From an uncultured cyanobacterium (GTDB lineage: Bacteria; Cyanobacteriota; Cyanobacteriia; PCC-6307; Cyanobiaceae): 64,000 nt of DNA. The DNA lies in assembly GCA_963765575.1 (NCBI GenBank), contig CAVXWZ010000011.1, forward strand, positions 512,001 to 576,000, written 5' to 3'. Positions 1 through 9,928 of this stretch are shown one piece after another. Made by a program: the position numbers and the translations under genes. Position 1 is the first letter of the stretch; each line of letters begins with the position of its first letter. Below the pieces are notes generated by a model. That model did not search any database, was not told where the DNA came from, and was given only the letters and a program-made list of their open reading frames with translations.

Positions 1-1280
1 GCTGCTGGCCGCCAGCGGCCGGGTGCGCGAACTGGCCGATGCCGAGCATCTGGCCGGCTTCGGCATCCATGCGGCGCCGGTGCGCTTCGAGCGCCAGAAG
101 ATCGCCGACCACGCCAACCAGTTGGTGGCCACGATTCGCACCAACCTCACCAAGACCCTGGAGCGGGCCGGCGCCACGATCATCCGCGGCAAGGGCCGCC
201 TGGCCGGCCACCAGCAGGTGACCGTGCGCGCGAGCGGCAGCGGCGTGGAGCGCACCTACCGCGCCGGTGATGTGATCCTGGCCACCGGCTCGGAGCCCTT
301 CGTGCCCCGCGGCATTGAGACCGACGGCCGCACCGTGTTCACCAGCGACGAGGCGGTGAGCCTGGAGTGGCTGCCCCGCTGGCTGGCGATCGTGGGCAGC
401 GGCTACATCGGCCTGGAGTTCGCCGATGTCTACACGGCCCTCGGTTGTGAGGTCACGATGATCGAGGCGCTCGATCGGGTGATGCCCACCTTCGATCCCG
501 ACATCGCCAAGATCGCCGCCCGCAACCTGATCGACGGGCGCGACATCGACGCCCGCGCCGGGGTGCTGGCCCGCAAGGTCACCCCCGGCTGTCCGGTGAC
601 GATCGAGCTGGCCGACATGGTCAGCAAGGAGCTGGTGGAGACCCTGGAGGTGGATGCGGTGCTGGTGGCCACCGGCCGGGTGCCCAGCAGCGCCGAGCTC
701 AACCTGGCGGCGGTGGGGGTGGAGACCGAGCGGGGGTTCATCCCGGTGGATGACCACATGCGCGTGCTGGTGGGCGGTGAGCCGGTGCCGCACCTCTGGG
801 CCGTGGGCGATGTGACCGGCAAGATGATGCTGGCCCACACCGCTGCCGCCCAGGGCAGCTGTGGCGATCGACAACATCCTCGGCCACGCCCGGACGATTG
901 ATTACCGCTCGATTCCGGCAGCCACCTTCACCCATCCGGAGATCAGTTCGGTGGGGCTGAGTGAGGCTGACGCCAAGGACCTGGCCGCCCGCGAGGGCTT
1001 TGAGCTGGGCAGCGTGCGCAGCTATTTCAAGGCCAACTCCAAGGCCCTGGCGGAGCTGGAGAGCGACGGGCTGATGAAGCTGCTGTTCAACAAGGCCACG
1101 GGCGAGGTGCTGGGGGCCCACATCTACGGACTCCACGCCGCCGACCTGATCCAGGAGATCGCCAATGCCGTGGCCCGGCGCCAGAGCGTGAAGCAGCTGG
1201 CCAACGAGGTGCACACCCACCCCACCCTCAGCGAGGTGGTGGAGGTGGCCTACAAGCAGGCCGCCAGCGCCGTTGCCTAG
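1..1280 (+). CDS. lpdA: Dihydrolipoamide dehydrogenase (E3), 5'-truncated by window; +1 frameshift at ~860
   Basis: [25 protein letters not shown] and WAVGDV..MLAHTA motifs in ORF 23-901. Continues in ORF 861-1280 ([11 protein letters not shown]...HTHPTLSE). An extra T in CAG GGC AGC T GTG GCG splits the two. Confidence 0.93.
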
Positions 1281-1351
1281 CGGAGGCCTGCCGCTGCGGC
1301 CAACCCAGCTGGCGCAAGCCCTTAGCATCAATCCCCCGCCGCACTGCACCG

Positions 1352-2236
1352 TTGGAGATCCGCCGCAGGCCCCCCAATCCCTCGGTGAAGGTGGCCCACC
1401 TGGAATACGGGATTCCCCACACCGAGGCGGAGCCCCGCCACATCCTCGAGAAGATCGTCTGGCAGAAGGAGCGGGAGCTGGCCAGCGCCCGGGAGCGCGT
1501 GAGCCTCGAGAAGCTGCGGGGCCAGGTGGCCGACCTGCCGCCCACCCGGGACTTCATCGCCGCCCTGCGGGCCAGCTGCCGCAAGCCCGCGGTGATCGCC
1601 GAGATCAAGAAGGCCAGCCCCAGCAAGGGGGTGATCCGCGCCGACTTCGACCCGGAGGCCATCGCCCGGGGCTATGCCGCCGGCGGTGCCAGCTGCCTCT
1701 CGGTTCTCACCGACAAGAGCTTCTTCCAGGGCGGCTTTGAGGTGCTGGTGCAGGTGCGTCAGGTGGTGGAGCTGCCCCTGCTCTGCAAGGACTTCATCCT
1801 CTCCCCGTATCAGCTCTTCCAGGCCCGGGCCGCCGGAGCCGACGCGGCCCTGTTGATCGCCGCCATCCTCAGCGACACCGATCTTGCCTATCTGCTCAAG
1901 GCGGCCCGGAGGCTCGGGCTTGCCGCCCTGGTGGAGGTCCATGACGCCGCCGAGATGGAGCGGGTGCTGGCCCTCGAGGGCGTGCAGCTGATCGGCATCA
2001 ACAACCGCGATCTCACCACCTTTGAGACCGATCTGGCCACCACCGAGCGGCTCACGGCCCGGTATGGCGAAGTGCTGCGCTCCCGGGGTTGCCTGCTGGT
2101 GAGCGAATCGGGGCTGTTCAGCCGCGGCGACCTCGACCGCGCCCTCGGGGCCGGCGCCGACGCGGTGCTGGTGGGCGAGGCGCTGATGCGCCAAGCGGAT
2201 GTCACCGGCGCGCTGCAGACCCTGATCGAGGGCTGA
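1352..2236 (+). CDS. trpC: Indole-3-glycerol phosphate synthase
   Basis: [36 protein letters not shown] and VSESG motifs; cyanobacterial [11 protein letters not shown]-terminus. Confidence 0.96.
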   Translation: MEIRRRPPNPSVKVAHLEYGIPHTEAEPRHILEKIVWQKERELASARERVSLEKLRGQVADLPPTRDFIAALRASCRKPAVIAEIKKASPSKGVIRADFDPEAIARGYAAGGASCLSVLTDKSFFQGGFEVLVQVRQVVELPLLCKDFILSPYQLFQARAAGADAALLIAAILSDTDLAYLLKAARRLGLAALVEVHDAAEMERVLALEGVQLIGINNRDLTTFETDLATTERLTARYGEVLRSRGCLLVSESGLFSRGDLDRALGAGADAVLVGEALMRQADVTGALQTLIEG

Positions 2237-3522
2237 TGGTGGCGGTCGGCTGGGGCCTTGGCGCCCACCTGTCTGACGCCGACCTGGTGGTGGTGGGTGC
2301 CGGGCCCGCCGGGGCCATGGCCGCCGCCACCGCCGCCCGCGGCGGCCTGCGGGTGGTGCTGCTGGAGAAGCGCCGCCTGCCGCGCCACAAGCCCTGCGGC
2401 GGCGGTCTGCCCGTGCCGGTGCATGCTGAGCTACGGGATCTGGCGCCCGAGGCGGTGGTCGACACCCGGGTGCGGTGCATGCGCCACAGCTGGCGCTTCG
2501 GCGAGGCCGTGGAGGCGGCAATCGATCCGCCCGGCACCGTCTCAGCGCGCTCCCGGGGCCTGTGGATGGTGCAGCGTCCCCGCTTCGATCAGGCCCTGGT
2601 GCAACGGGCCGCAGCAGCGGGGGCCCTGGTGCTGGAGGGCCATTGCTTCACCGCCCTGGAGCGCACCGGCGCCGGGGTCGAGCTGCGGCTGCTGCAGCGG
2701 CAACCGGGCGGGGGAGCGGTGATCGAGCGGAGGCTGCGGGCTCAGCACGTGATCGGCGCCGATGGGGCCTGCGGAGCGGTGGCTGCCAGCGTGGGCCTGC
2801 GGCCGCATCCACGCGTGGCGCTGGCGATGGAGCTTGAGGTGCCCCACCATTGGGATGCGGCCGATCCGCTGCTGCGCTCCGACCTGCTGCACCTCGACTA
2901 CGGCGTGTTGCGCCGCGGCTACGCCTGGGTGTTCCCCAAGGCCGATCACCTCAACATCGGCGCCGGGGTGTTCGATGGCCGTGTTCGTGATGGGCGCCGC
3001 GATCCCGGGGCCCGGACCCGGATCCGGGCCGCCATCGATGGCTATGCCGCCGCCCTGGGGGTGGAGCCTGCCCGGCTGGAGGGTCTGCGGGCCCATGCGC
3101 ACCCACTGCCGTTCTGGGACGGTCCCGAGCCCCTGCACAGTCCCGATGGCCGGGTGCTGCTGGTGGGCGATGCGGCCGGGCTGATCAATCCGCTGTTCGG
3201 CGATGGGCTGCTGCACGCCATCCGCAGCGGTCGGCTGGCGGCCGAGGCGCTGCTCGCCGGGGATCCCCTCAGCCACACCGCCCGGGTGCACGACCTGCTG
3301 GCGAGCAATTTCGAGGCGGCCCGTCGCCTGGCCCGGATCTTCTACGGCCTGCCCGGCCTCACCTACCGCTACGGCATCAGCCAGCCCCGCACCACAGCGC
3401 TGGCGGTGCGACTGCTGGGTGGGGAGATCCCCTTCCAGGGCCTGGGCCGCCGAGCCCTGGCCCGCATCGGCGGTGGCCTGCTCGGGGAGCTGCGCCGAGG
3501 GGCGTTCCAGCCCATGGCCTGA
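2236..3522 (+). CDS. Geranylgeranyl reductase-family FAD-dependent oxidoreductase
   Basis: VVGAGPAG, PRHKPCGGG, IGADG, GYAWVFPK and LVGDAAG motifs; ATG overlaps trpC stop (TGATG). Confidence 0.85.
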   Translation: MVAVGWGLGAHLSDADLVVVGAGPAGAMAAATAARGGLRVVLLEKRRLPRHKPCGGGLPVPVHAELRDLAPEAVVDTRVRCMRHSWRFGEAVEAAIDPPGTVSARSRGLWMVQRPRFDQALVQRAAAAGALVLEGHCFTALERTGAGVELRLLQRQPGGGAVIERRLRAQHVIGADGACGAVAASVGLRPHPRVALAMELEVPHHWDAADPLLRSDLLHLDYGVLRRGYAWVFPKADHLNIGAGVFDGRVRDGRRDPGARTRIRAAIDGYAAALGVEPARLEGLRAHAHPLPFWDGPEPLHSPDGRVLLVGDAAGLINPLFGDGLLHAIRSGRLAAEALLAGDPLSHTARVHDLLASNFEAARRLARIFYGLPGLTYRYGISQPRTTALAVRLLGGEIPFQGLGRRALARIGGGLLGELRRGAFQPMA

Positions 3523-3548
3523 GCGCCCCGGTGCCGGCAATGGCCAGC

Positions 3549-3579
3549 AAAAAGCGCCCCACGATTGTCGCAGGGCGCT
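3549..3579 (-). terminator. Probable intrinsic terminator of rpsD
   Basis: AGCGCCC(3553-3559)/GGGCGCT(3573-3579) stem followed on the minus strand by a T5 run, ~20 nt after the rpsD stop. Confidence 0.65.
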
Positions 3580-3600
3580 GAGATGAAAGACCCCGAGGGA

Positions 3601-4209
3601 TCAGACCTTGCGGGAGTAGTACTCCACCACCAGCAGTTCGTTGATCTCCAGGGCGACCCACTCGCGCTCGCACTTGCTGATCACCTTGCCGACCTGCTTG
3701 GCCTTGTCGAACTCAAGGTGGGGCGGGATGTTGGCCAGGCCGGGAAACTCCAGGTTGCCCTCGGCCAGTTTCTTGCTCTGCTTGCGCTCGCGGATGGCCA
3801 CCACATCGCCCGCTTTGCACTGATAGCTGGCGATGTCCAGGACGCGACCGTTCACGGTCACGTGGCCATGGTTCACGAGCTGGCGGGCACCGGGCACGGT
3901 GGGGCCTAAGCCGAGGCGGAAACAGACGTTGTCGAGACGGTTCTCGAGCAGTTTGAGCAGGTTGGTTCCGCTGGAACCTCCCTGGGCGCGTGCTTTCTTG
4001 ACGTAGCGGACGAGTTGCCGCTCGGAGATGCCGTAGTTGAAGCGAAGCTTCTGCTTCTCTTCCAGGCGGATGGCGTATTCGGAGCGCTTGCGACGGGCTT
4101 GGCCGTGCTGACCGGGGGGATAAGACCGCTTGGCGGACTTACGGGTGAGACCGGGAAGGTCTCCCAAGCGCCGCGTGATCCTCAGGCGAGGGCCGCGGTA
4201 GCGAGACAT
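3601..4209 (-). CDS. rpsD: 30S ribosomal protein S4
   Basis: [52 protein letters not shown]. Confidence 0.99.
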   Translation of the reverse strand: MSRYRGPRLRITRRLGDLPGLTRKSAKRSYPPGQHGQARRKRSEYAIRLEEKQKLRFNYGISERQLVRYVKKARAQGGSSGTNLLKLLENRLDNVCFRLGLGPTVPGARQLVNHGHVTVNGRVLDIASYQCKAGDVVAIRERKQSKKLAEGNLEFPGLANIPPHLEFDKAKQVGKVISKCEREWVALEINELLVVEYYSRKV

Positions 4210-4286
4210 GAAGGGGGTTCAAAGGACAGGTGCGCTGGTGCTGCCCAGCTTCGACCATGCTGGGAAAGACTCCCGCCGGCCTTGCG

Positions 4287-4628
4287 TTGCAGCGCCAACG
4301 ATCCATCCTATCGACTGGCCCGAGGGCCCTTGGCCTGGCGCCCCGGCCCGAGCTGGAGAGTCAGGCCCCCGAGGCCCCCACTGCCGGCAGCGGGGTGAAT
4401 CCCGCTTCGCGGCTGGTGGCCGTGGTGCTGCTGGGCCTGATCGGGCTCTACCGGCGCTGGCTCTCGCCCCTGCTCCTCCCCCGCTGCCGCTTCATCCCCA
4501 GCTGCAGCGCCTATGGCCTCGAGGCGATCAGCCGCCATGGCCCCTGGCGGGGCGGCTGGCTGACCCTGCGCCGCCTGCTGCGCTGCCATCCCTTCAGTCC
4601 CTGCGGCTGCGATCCGGTGCCTGAGTGA
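4287..4628 (+). CDS. yidD: Membrane protein insertion efficiency factor YidD (start uncertain; alternative GTG 4395)
   Basis: [46 protein letters not shown] signature. Confidence 0.9.
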   Translation: MQRQRSILSTGPRALGLAPRPELESQAPEAPTAGSGVNPASRLVAVVLLGLIGLYRRWLSPLLLPRCRFIPSCSAYGLEAISRHGPWRGGWLTLRRLLRCHPFSPCGCDPVPE

Positions 4629-4915
4629 TGAGCACCACCGGGATGTCATTGCTGCTCTACAGCCGCCGCGGCTGCTGCCTCTGCGAGGGCCTGGAGGAGA
4701 AACTGCGGGCCCTCGATCCGGCCCCGGCGCTGCGGGTGGTGGATGTGGATCACGATCCCGCCCTTCAGGCGCGCTACGACCTTGAGGTGCCCGTGCTGAT
4801 GCTGGGCGCCGAGGGCGCCGACCTGCGCCGTCTTCCCCCGGTGCCGCCACGGCTGCAGGGAGCGCAGCTGCAGCACTGGCTGCAGCGTTGTGCCGGCGAG
4901 CCTCCCCGCGCCTAG
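4628..4915 (+). CDS. Glutaredoxin-like protein (DUF836 type)
   Basis: [27 protein letters not shown]; coupled to yidD stop. Confidence 0.85.
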   Translation: MSTTGMSLLLYSRRGCCLCEGLEEKLRALDPAPALRVVDVDHDPALQARYDLEVPVLMLGAEGADLRRLPPVPPRLQGAQLQHWLQRCAGEPPRA

Positions 4916-4941
4916 AAAGGCCCATCGTCATCCGGTCGGTC

Positions 4942-6461
4942 ATGACCTGTCCGCTCCATTCCCTTCTCCATCAGGTGGGTCTGGAGGTGCCGGCAGCCCT
5001 CAGCGACACGGAGGTGCGGCGGCTCAGCTGCGATTCCCGCGACCTGGGCCCGGGCACGCTGTTCGTGGGCCTGCCGGGCACCCGGGTGGATGGGGGCCGC
5101 TTCTGGCGCCAGGCCCTGGCCGGGGGCGCGGTTGCCGCCGTGATCGGCCCGGACGCGGCGGCGGCCGAGCCCCCCAAGGCCGACGACCCCGTGCTGGTGG
5201 TGGCCGAACCCGTGGCCCGCTGGGCCGGCCTGCTGGCGGCCGCCTGCTGGGGCCAGCCCAGCCAGCGACTCACCCTGATCGGTGTGACGGGCACCAACGG
5301 CAAAACCACCACCACCTATCTGATCGAGCATCTGGCGGCGGCCTGCTCAGGCCCTGCCGCCCTGTTCGGCACCCTGGTCAACCGTTGGCCCGGCCACAGC
5401 GTCACCGCTCAGCACACCACCGGCTTCGCCGACCTGCTGCAGATGCAGCTGGCCCAGGCCGCCGACAGCGGCGTGGGCATCGCCGCCATGGAGGTGAGCT
5501 CCCATGCCCTCCACCAGCAGCGGGTGGCGGGCTGTCACTTCGCTGGGGCGGTGTTCACCAACCTCACCCAGGACCACCTCGATTACCACCCCTCGATGGA
5601 GGCCTATTTCGAGGCCAAGGCCCTGCTCTTCGCCGAGCCCCTGCTGGCCGCCGGTGGCCGCGCCCGGACCGTGGTCAACAGCGACGACCCCTGGGGGGCG
5701 CTGTTGGCGCAACGGCTGGGGCCGGCCTGCTGGCGCAGTTCGCTGGAGGATGCCGCCGCCGAGCTGTTCGTCGACGAGCTGACCATGGACAGTGGGGGCG
5801 TCAGTGGTCGCCTGCGCACCCCCCTGGGGGAGGGCCGCTTCCGTTCGCCCCTGCTGGGGCGCTTCAACCTGATGAACCTGCTCCAGGCCGTGGGGGCCCT
5901 GCAGCAGCAGGGCCTGCCGCTGGCCCCCCTGCTTGAGGGCCTGGCCAGTTTCCGGGGGGTACCCGGGCGCATGGAGCAGGTGCTGGCCGCTGGCGGCGGC
6001 GGCGGGCCGGCGGTGCTGGTGGATTACGCCCATACCCCCGATGGCCTCGACAACGCGCTCCAGGCCAGCCGCCCCTTCACCTCCGGACGGCTGATCTGCG
6101 TGTTCGGCTGCGGCGGCGACCGTGACCGCAGCAAGCGGCCCCAGATGGGGGCCATCGCCGCGCGCCTGGCGGACCGGGTGGTGGTGACCTCCGACAATCC
6201 GCGCACGGAAGACCCCCAGCGCATCCTCGAGGACGTGGTGGCGGGCATCCCGGCCGGCACCGACCTGGAGGTGGAAGGCGACCGGGCCCGCGCGATCGCC
6301 GCGGCGATCAGCGGCAGCCGCAGCCCGAGGATCTGGTGCTGATCGCTGGCAAGGGCCATGAGGATTACCAGATCCTGGGCACCACCAAGGTCCACTTCGA
6401 CGACCGGGAAGAGGCCCAGAAGGCCCTCGGCTCCAGGCTGGGCTTAGCCGGCTTGAAGTGA
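4942..6461 (+). CDS. murE: UDP-MurNAc-tripeptide synthetase MurE; frameshift near 6310-6325
   Basis: [44 protein letters not shown] and DNPR motifs. The C-terminal [16 protein letters not shown] continues in another frame to TGA 6459-6461. Confidence 0.94.
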
Positions 6462-6567
6462 CAAGGATGGTGAACTCGGAGCAAGCACGCTGCCAGGCCG
6501 ACCCTTGGCCAGTACGTTTACCCCGTCCGATATCTCATTTCACCGCTCCATGGCTTCTTCCGTGCCC

Positions 6568-7290
6568 ATGTCGAGGAAATTCCTCGCCGAGATGATCGGT
6601 ACGTTCTGGCTTGTGTTCGGGGGCTGCGGCAGCGCCGTGCTGGCCGCCGTCTTCCCCTATGACGATGCCGCCGTCAATCCCCTTGGTCTCGGTTTTCTTG
6701 GGGTCTCCCTCGCCTTTGGCCTCACGCTGCTCACCATGGCCTACGCCATCGGCCATATCTCCGGCTGCCATATCAATCCGGCCGTGACCTTCGGCCTCTG
6801 GGCCAGCGGCCGCCATCCCGGCTCGCAACTGCTTCCCTACATCGCCGCCCAGGTGATCGGCGGCGTGATCGCCGGCGGCCTGCTGCTGGGCATTGCCAAT
6901 GGCCGACCCGGCTTTGAGCTCAGCGGCAGCAATCCCCTGGCCACCAACGGCTTCGGGGCCCACTCCCCCGGGGGCTATGGCCTGCTGTCGGCGCTGATCA
7001 TTGAAGTGGTGCTCACCTTCATCTTTCTGCTGGTGATCCTGGGCGTCACCCACAAGGATGCGATCAAGGACCTCGCCGGCGTGCCGATCGGCCTGAGCCT
7101 GGTGCTGATCCACCTGATCAGCATCCCCGTCACCAACACCTCGGTGAACCCCGCCCGCAGCACGGGCGTGGCCCTCTGGGTGGGTGGTGATGCCGTGGGC
7201 CAGCTGTGGCTGTTCTGGCTGGCGCCGATCGTCGGTGCGCTGCTGGCTGGCTGGGTCCAGCGTCAGCTGCTGGAGGGCCGCAGCGACTGA
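6568..7290 (+). CDS. aqpZ: Aquaporin Z
   Basis: [37 protein letters not shown] (two NPA motifs), [12 protein letters not shown]. Confidence 0.93.
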   Translation: MSRKFLAEMIGTFWLVFGGCGSAVLAAVFPYDDAAVNPLGLGFLGVSLAFGLTLLTMAYAIGHISGCHINPAVTFGLWASGRHPGSQLLPYIAAQVIGGVIAGGLLLGIANGRPGFELSGSNPLATNGFGAHSPGGYGLLSALIIEVVLTFIFLLVILGVTHKDAIKDLAGVPIGLSLVLIHLISIPVTNTSVNPARSTGVALWVGGDAVGQLWLFWLAPIVGALLAGWVQRQLLEGRSD

Positions 7291-7307
7291 GCGGAGCAAC
7301 TGAGTGA

Positions 7308-8520
7308 TCAAGACTCACTGATCAGGCCCGGCGCGGTGAACTCGGCCAGAGTTCCCACCAGCTGGGCCAGCTCAGCTTCTGTTGTGGTGATGTGGGTGCA
7401 GGCGCGCAGGCAGTGGGGGTCGTCCAGGGTGCGAAGCCAGAGGCCCCGCTTCCCCAGCTTGCGCACCAGATCCCCCGGCTCCATGCCCTCCACCACGAAG
7501 CTCACCAGCCCTGCCGGTGGGGGCTGGTGCAGCAGCGTCCGTACGCCTGCCAGCCCCTGCAGCTGCTGCCACAGGGACCCGGCCCGCGCCTGGATCTGAT
7601 CGAGGCGCGGGGCGTCGGTGCCTTCACCCTCCAGCAGTCCCAGGGAGCGATCCAGGCCGGCGAACAGGGGGATGCAGGACGTGGCCACCTCAAAGCGGCG
7701 CCCGTCGGTGTGAAAGCCACTGGTGGCGCTGCCCTCATGGCTGAGGCTGCGCCAGCCGATCAGGGTGGGCTGGGCTTCCGCCAGCAGCCGCTCAGAGAGG
7801 GCCACCACGCCCAGGCCCTCCGGCCCGCAGCACCACTTGTGACCTGTGCAGGCGTAGATGTCGGCCGCCTCGGGCTGCCTCGGCCACGGGGATGCTGCCC
7901 AGTGACTGGGCAGCATCCACCAGCAGCCAGGGTCGCTGCGGGTGCTGGTCCAGCCGGCTGGCCACAGCGGCGATCGGCATCACCTGCCCGGTGTTCCAGA
8001 GCAGGTGGGAGAGCACCACCAGGCGGGTGCGGGGGCCGAGGGCGTTCTCCAGCCGCTGCAGCACTGCGGCGTCGGTGGCCGCCGGGTCCTGCCGCAGGTC
8101 AGCAACCTTGAAGCGCTCAATCGTGAGTTGCTGGCGTCGGGCCAGCTCCTGGCAGGCCGCCACCACGCCGGGGTGCTCGCAGTCGCTGATCAGAAGCACG
8201 TCACCCGGCTGCCAGGGCAGGCCCCAGAGGGGCAATACACAGCCGCTGGTGACGTTCTCGGTGAAGGCCAGGCGCTGTTGCGGCACCCCCAGCCAGCGGC
8301 TGAGCCGCCGCCGCAAGCCCGCCATGGTGGATTCCACGAAGGGCCAGACATCGCTGGTGAAGGGCCCCAGCTCCTGAATCCGGCCCCAGGCCGCCACCAT
8401 GGCGTCAAGGCTCGGACTCGGCAACGGCCCCTGACCGCCGTAGTTGAAGTAGGTCTTGTTGGCCAGGGCCGGCATCGCCGCCCGCAGGGCCTGACCCATG
8501 GCCTTGTCAGTTGAGGCCAT
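7308..8520 (-). CDS. Class V PLP-dependent enzyme (cysteine/cystine lyase-like); +1 frameshift near 7873
   Basis: YFNYGGQGP, EHP, SHLLWNTG and VDAAQ in ORF 7792-8520; DIYACTGHKWCCGPEG and FEVAT in ORF 7308-7916. Confidence 0.85.
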
Positions 8521-8556
8521 GGTCGCGCAGCGTTGGCTTCCCAGTCTGGGGTGGGC

Positions 8557-9587
8557 TCAGATGCTCCCGTAGGTGACCTGACAGGCGGTGTTGATCAGCT
8601 CGGCCTCGGCCAGGCTGGTGGGCACCTCGCCGTTGAGCAGGCCGTCGCTGCAGTCGGCCTGCATCTGATACTTCATGCCGCCATTGTCCACCACAAAGTT
8701 CACTGTAGTGTCATCGATTGGTTCCACAGAGCCGTAGTAGAGGTTGTAGGTGCTCCTTGGCACCTGAACAGTGGGCTGACGCTGCTGAATCGACTTGTTG
8801 ATGGCATTGTTGACGATCAATGCCGTCGTGAGGGCATTGATCCCCCAGCCAAGGGCCTGACCTCCCCACCAGCTCCAGGGCATGCTGTTGGAGGAGTTGT
8901 TATACCAGCCGCCGCCCCAGGGACGGCTGTTGCCCCAGTTGGAATTGCGAGCCCAGGATGGGTTGTTGGAGTAGCCGCGGTCGTAGCGCACCGGGTTCAC
9001 CCAGACGTTGCGGCGGTTGCGGTTGTAGTTGTTCCACTGATTCTTGTTCCAGGACTTCCACTGCTTGCGCTGCTCGGCACGGTTGGAAGCCTTTCTGTAG
9101 CCCCGTTTCTTGCCGCGATCTTTGCCCTCGTCAAAGCCCTCGTCAAAGCCCTTGCGAAAGCCCTTGTTCTTGCCTTTGTCTTTGCCATCCTGGAAGCCGG
9201 TCTCGACACCCTTGTCGAAACCCTTCTTTTTGCCTTTTTTGAGGCCATCCTCGCGGCCTTCGTCGTAGATCCGTTGGCGCTGCTTGTTGGAAAGGCCGTT
9301 ATTCCTGTTGTCCTTATTGCGTTAGTCTTCTTGTTATTATTGCCTGAATTTTTCTTCTCCTTGTTCTTTTTGCGCTTTTTCTTCTCGTCCTCGCTCTTGG
9401 AATCCTTATCGTTCTCGGCCAGCAGCCAAGGGGGGCTTCCCTCGGCGGCCACCGGGACGGTGCGGCTCTGGCCGCCAGGACCGGCTGGGGGCAAGGCGGC
9501 CAGGACGGGCAGGGTGCCCGTGCTGGCCATGACCAGGGCCATGGCCACGGCGGGTGCCGTGTGGCTGTGCCAGCGCATGGGAGTCAT
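8557..9587 (-). CDS. Secreted hypothetical protein with Lys/Asn-rich, GxxxG-repeat and Asn/Trp/Gly-rich regions; split by a -1 frame change
   Basis: Signal-peptide-like N-terminus in ORF 8997-9587. The frame of ORF 8557-9000 is open back to 9321 and reads ...YDEGREDGLKKGKKKGFDKG... Confidence 0.7.
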
Positions 9588-9679
9588 GGGATTCTGCTCT
9601 TTGACGTATCAGATCACTCAAATCTGCTCCGTCTGAGGGTGGCTCAACCAAGAGATACAGCCCCTTGGTGAAGTGTCCT

Positions 9680-9859
9680 TCAGAGCAGCTGGCCCACCAT
9701 CACCGCCGCCACGGCAGAAAACACCGTGATACCAAGGGCGGTCAGGGGGTTCTGGCCCTGGGCCACGGCCACGCTGGTGACGACTCCGGCGCCGAGGCAG
9801 GCCACCGCCAGCTGGTTGAAAAGCTCGCTGCGATTGCGGGGGCTGGGGGTCGGGGTCAC
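9680..9859 (-). CDS. Small (59 aa) two-helix membrane protein, below ORF-track cutoff
   Basis: GTG..TGA reading MTPTPSPRNRSELFNQLAVACLGAGVVTSVAVAQGQNPLTALGITVFSAVAAVMVGQLL with GC3-rich codons; fills the gap after the AAA gene. Confidence 0.75.
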   Translation of the reverse strand: MTPTPSPRNRSELFNQLAVACLGAGVVTSVAVAQGQNPLTALGITVFSAVAAVMVGQLL

Positions 9860-9928
9860 GGCGATGCCGGCGATTCACAAGACCGTAGGAGCCGCAACCT
9901 GGCCGTCCCGGGCCCACCCGGCCCCTTG

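Noticed and set aside
8533..9636. 367-aa plus-strand hydrophobic ORF that looks like a membrane protein
   Set aside because: Antisense shadow of the Lys/Asn-rich minus-strand gene (AAG/AAA codons read as Leu/Phe)
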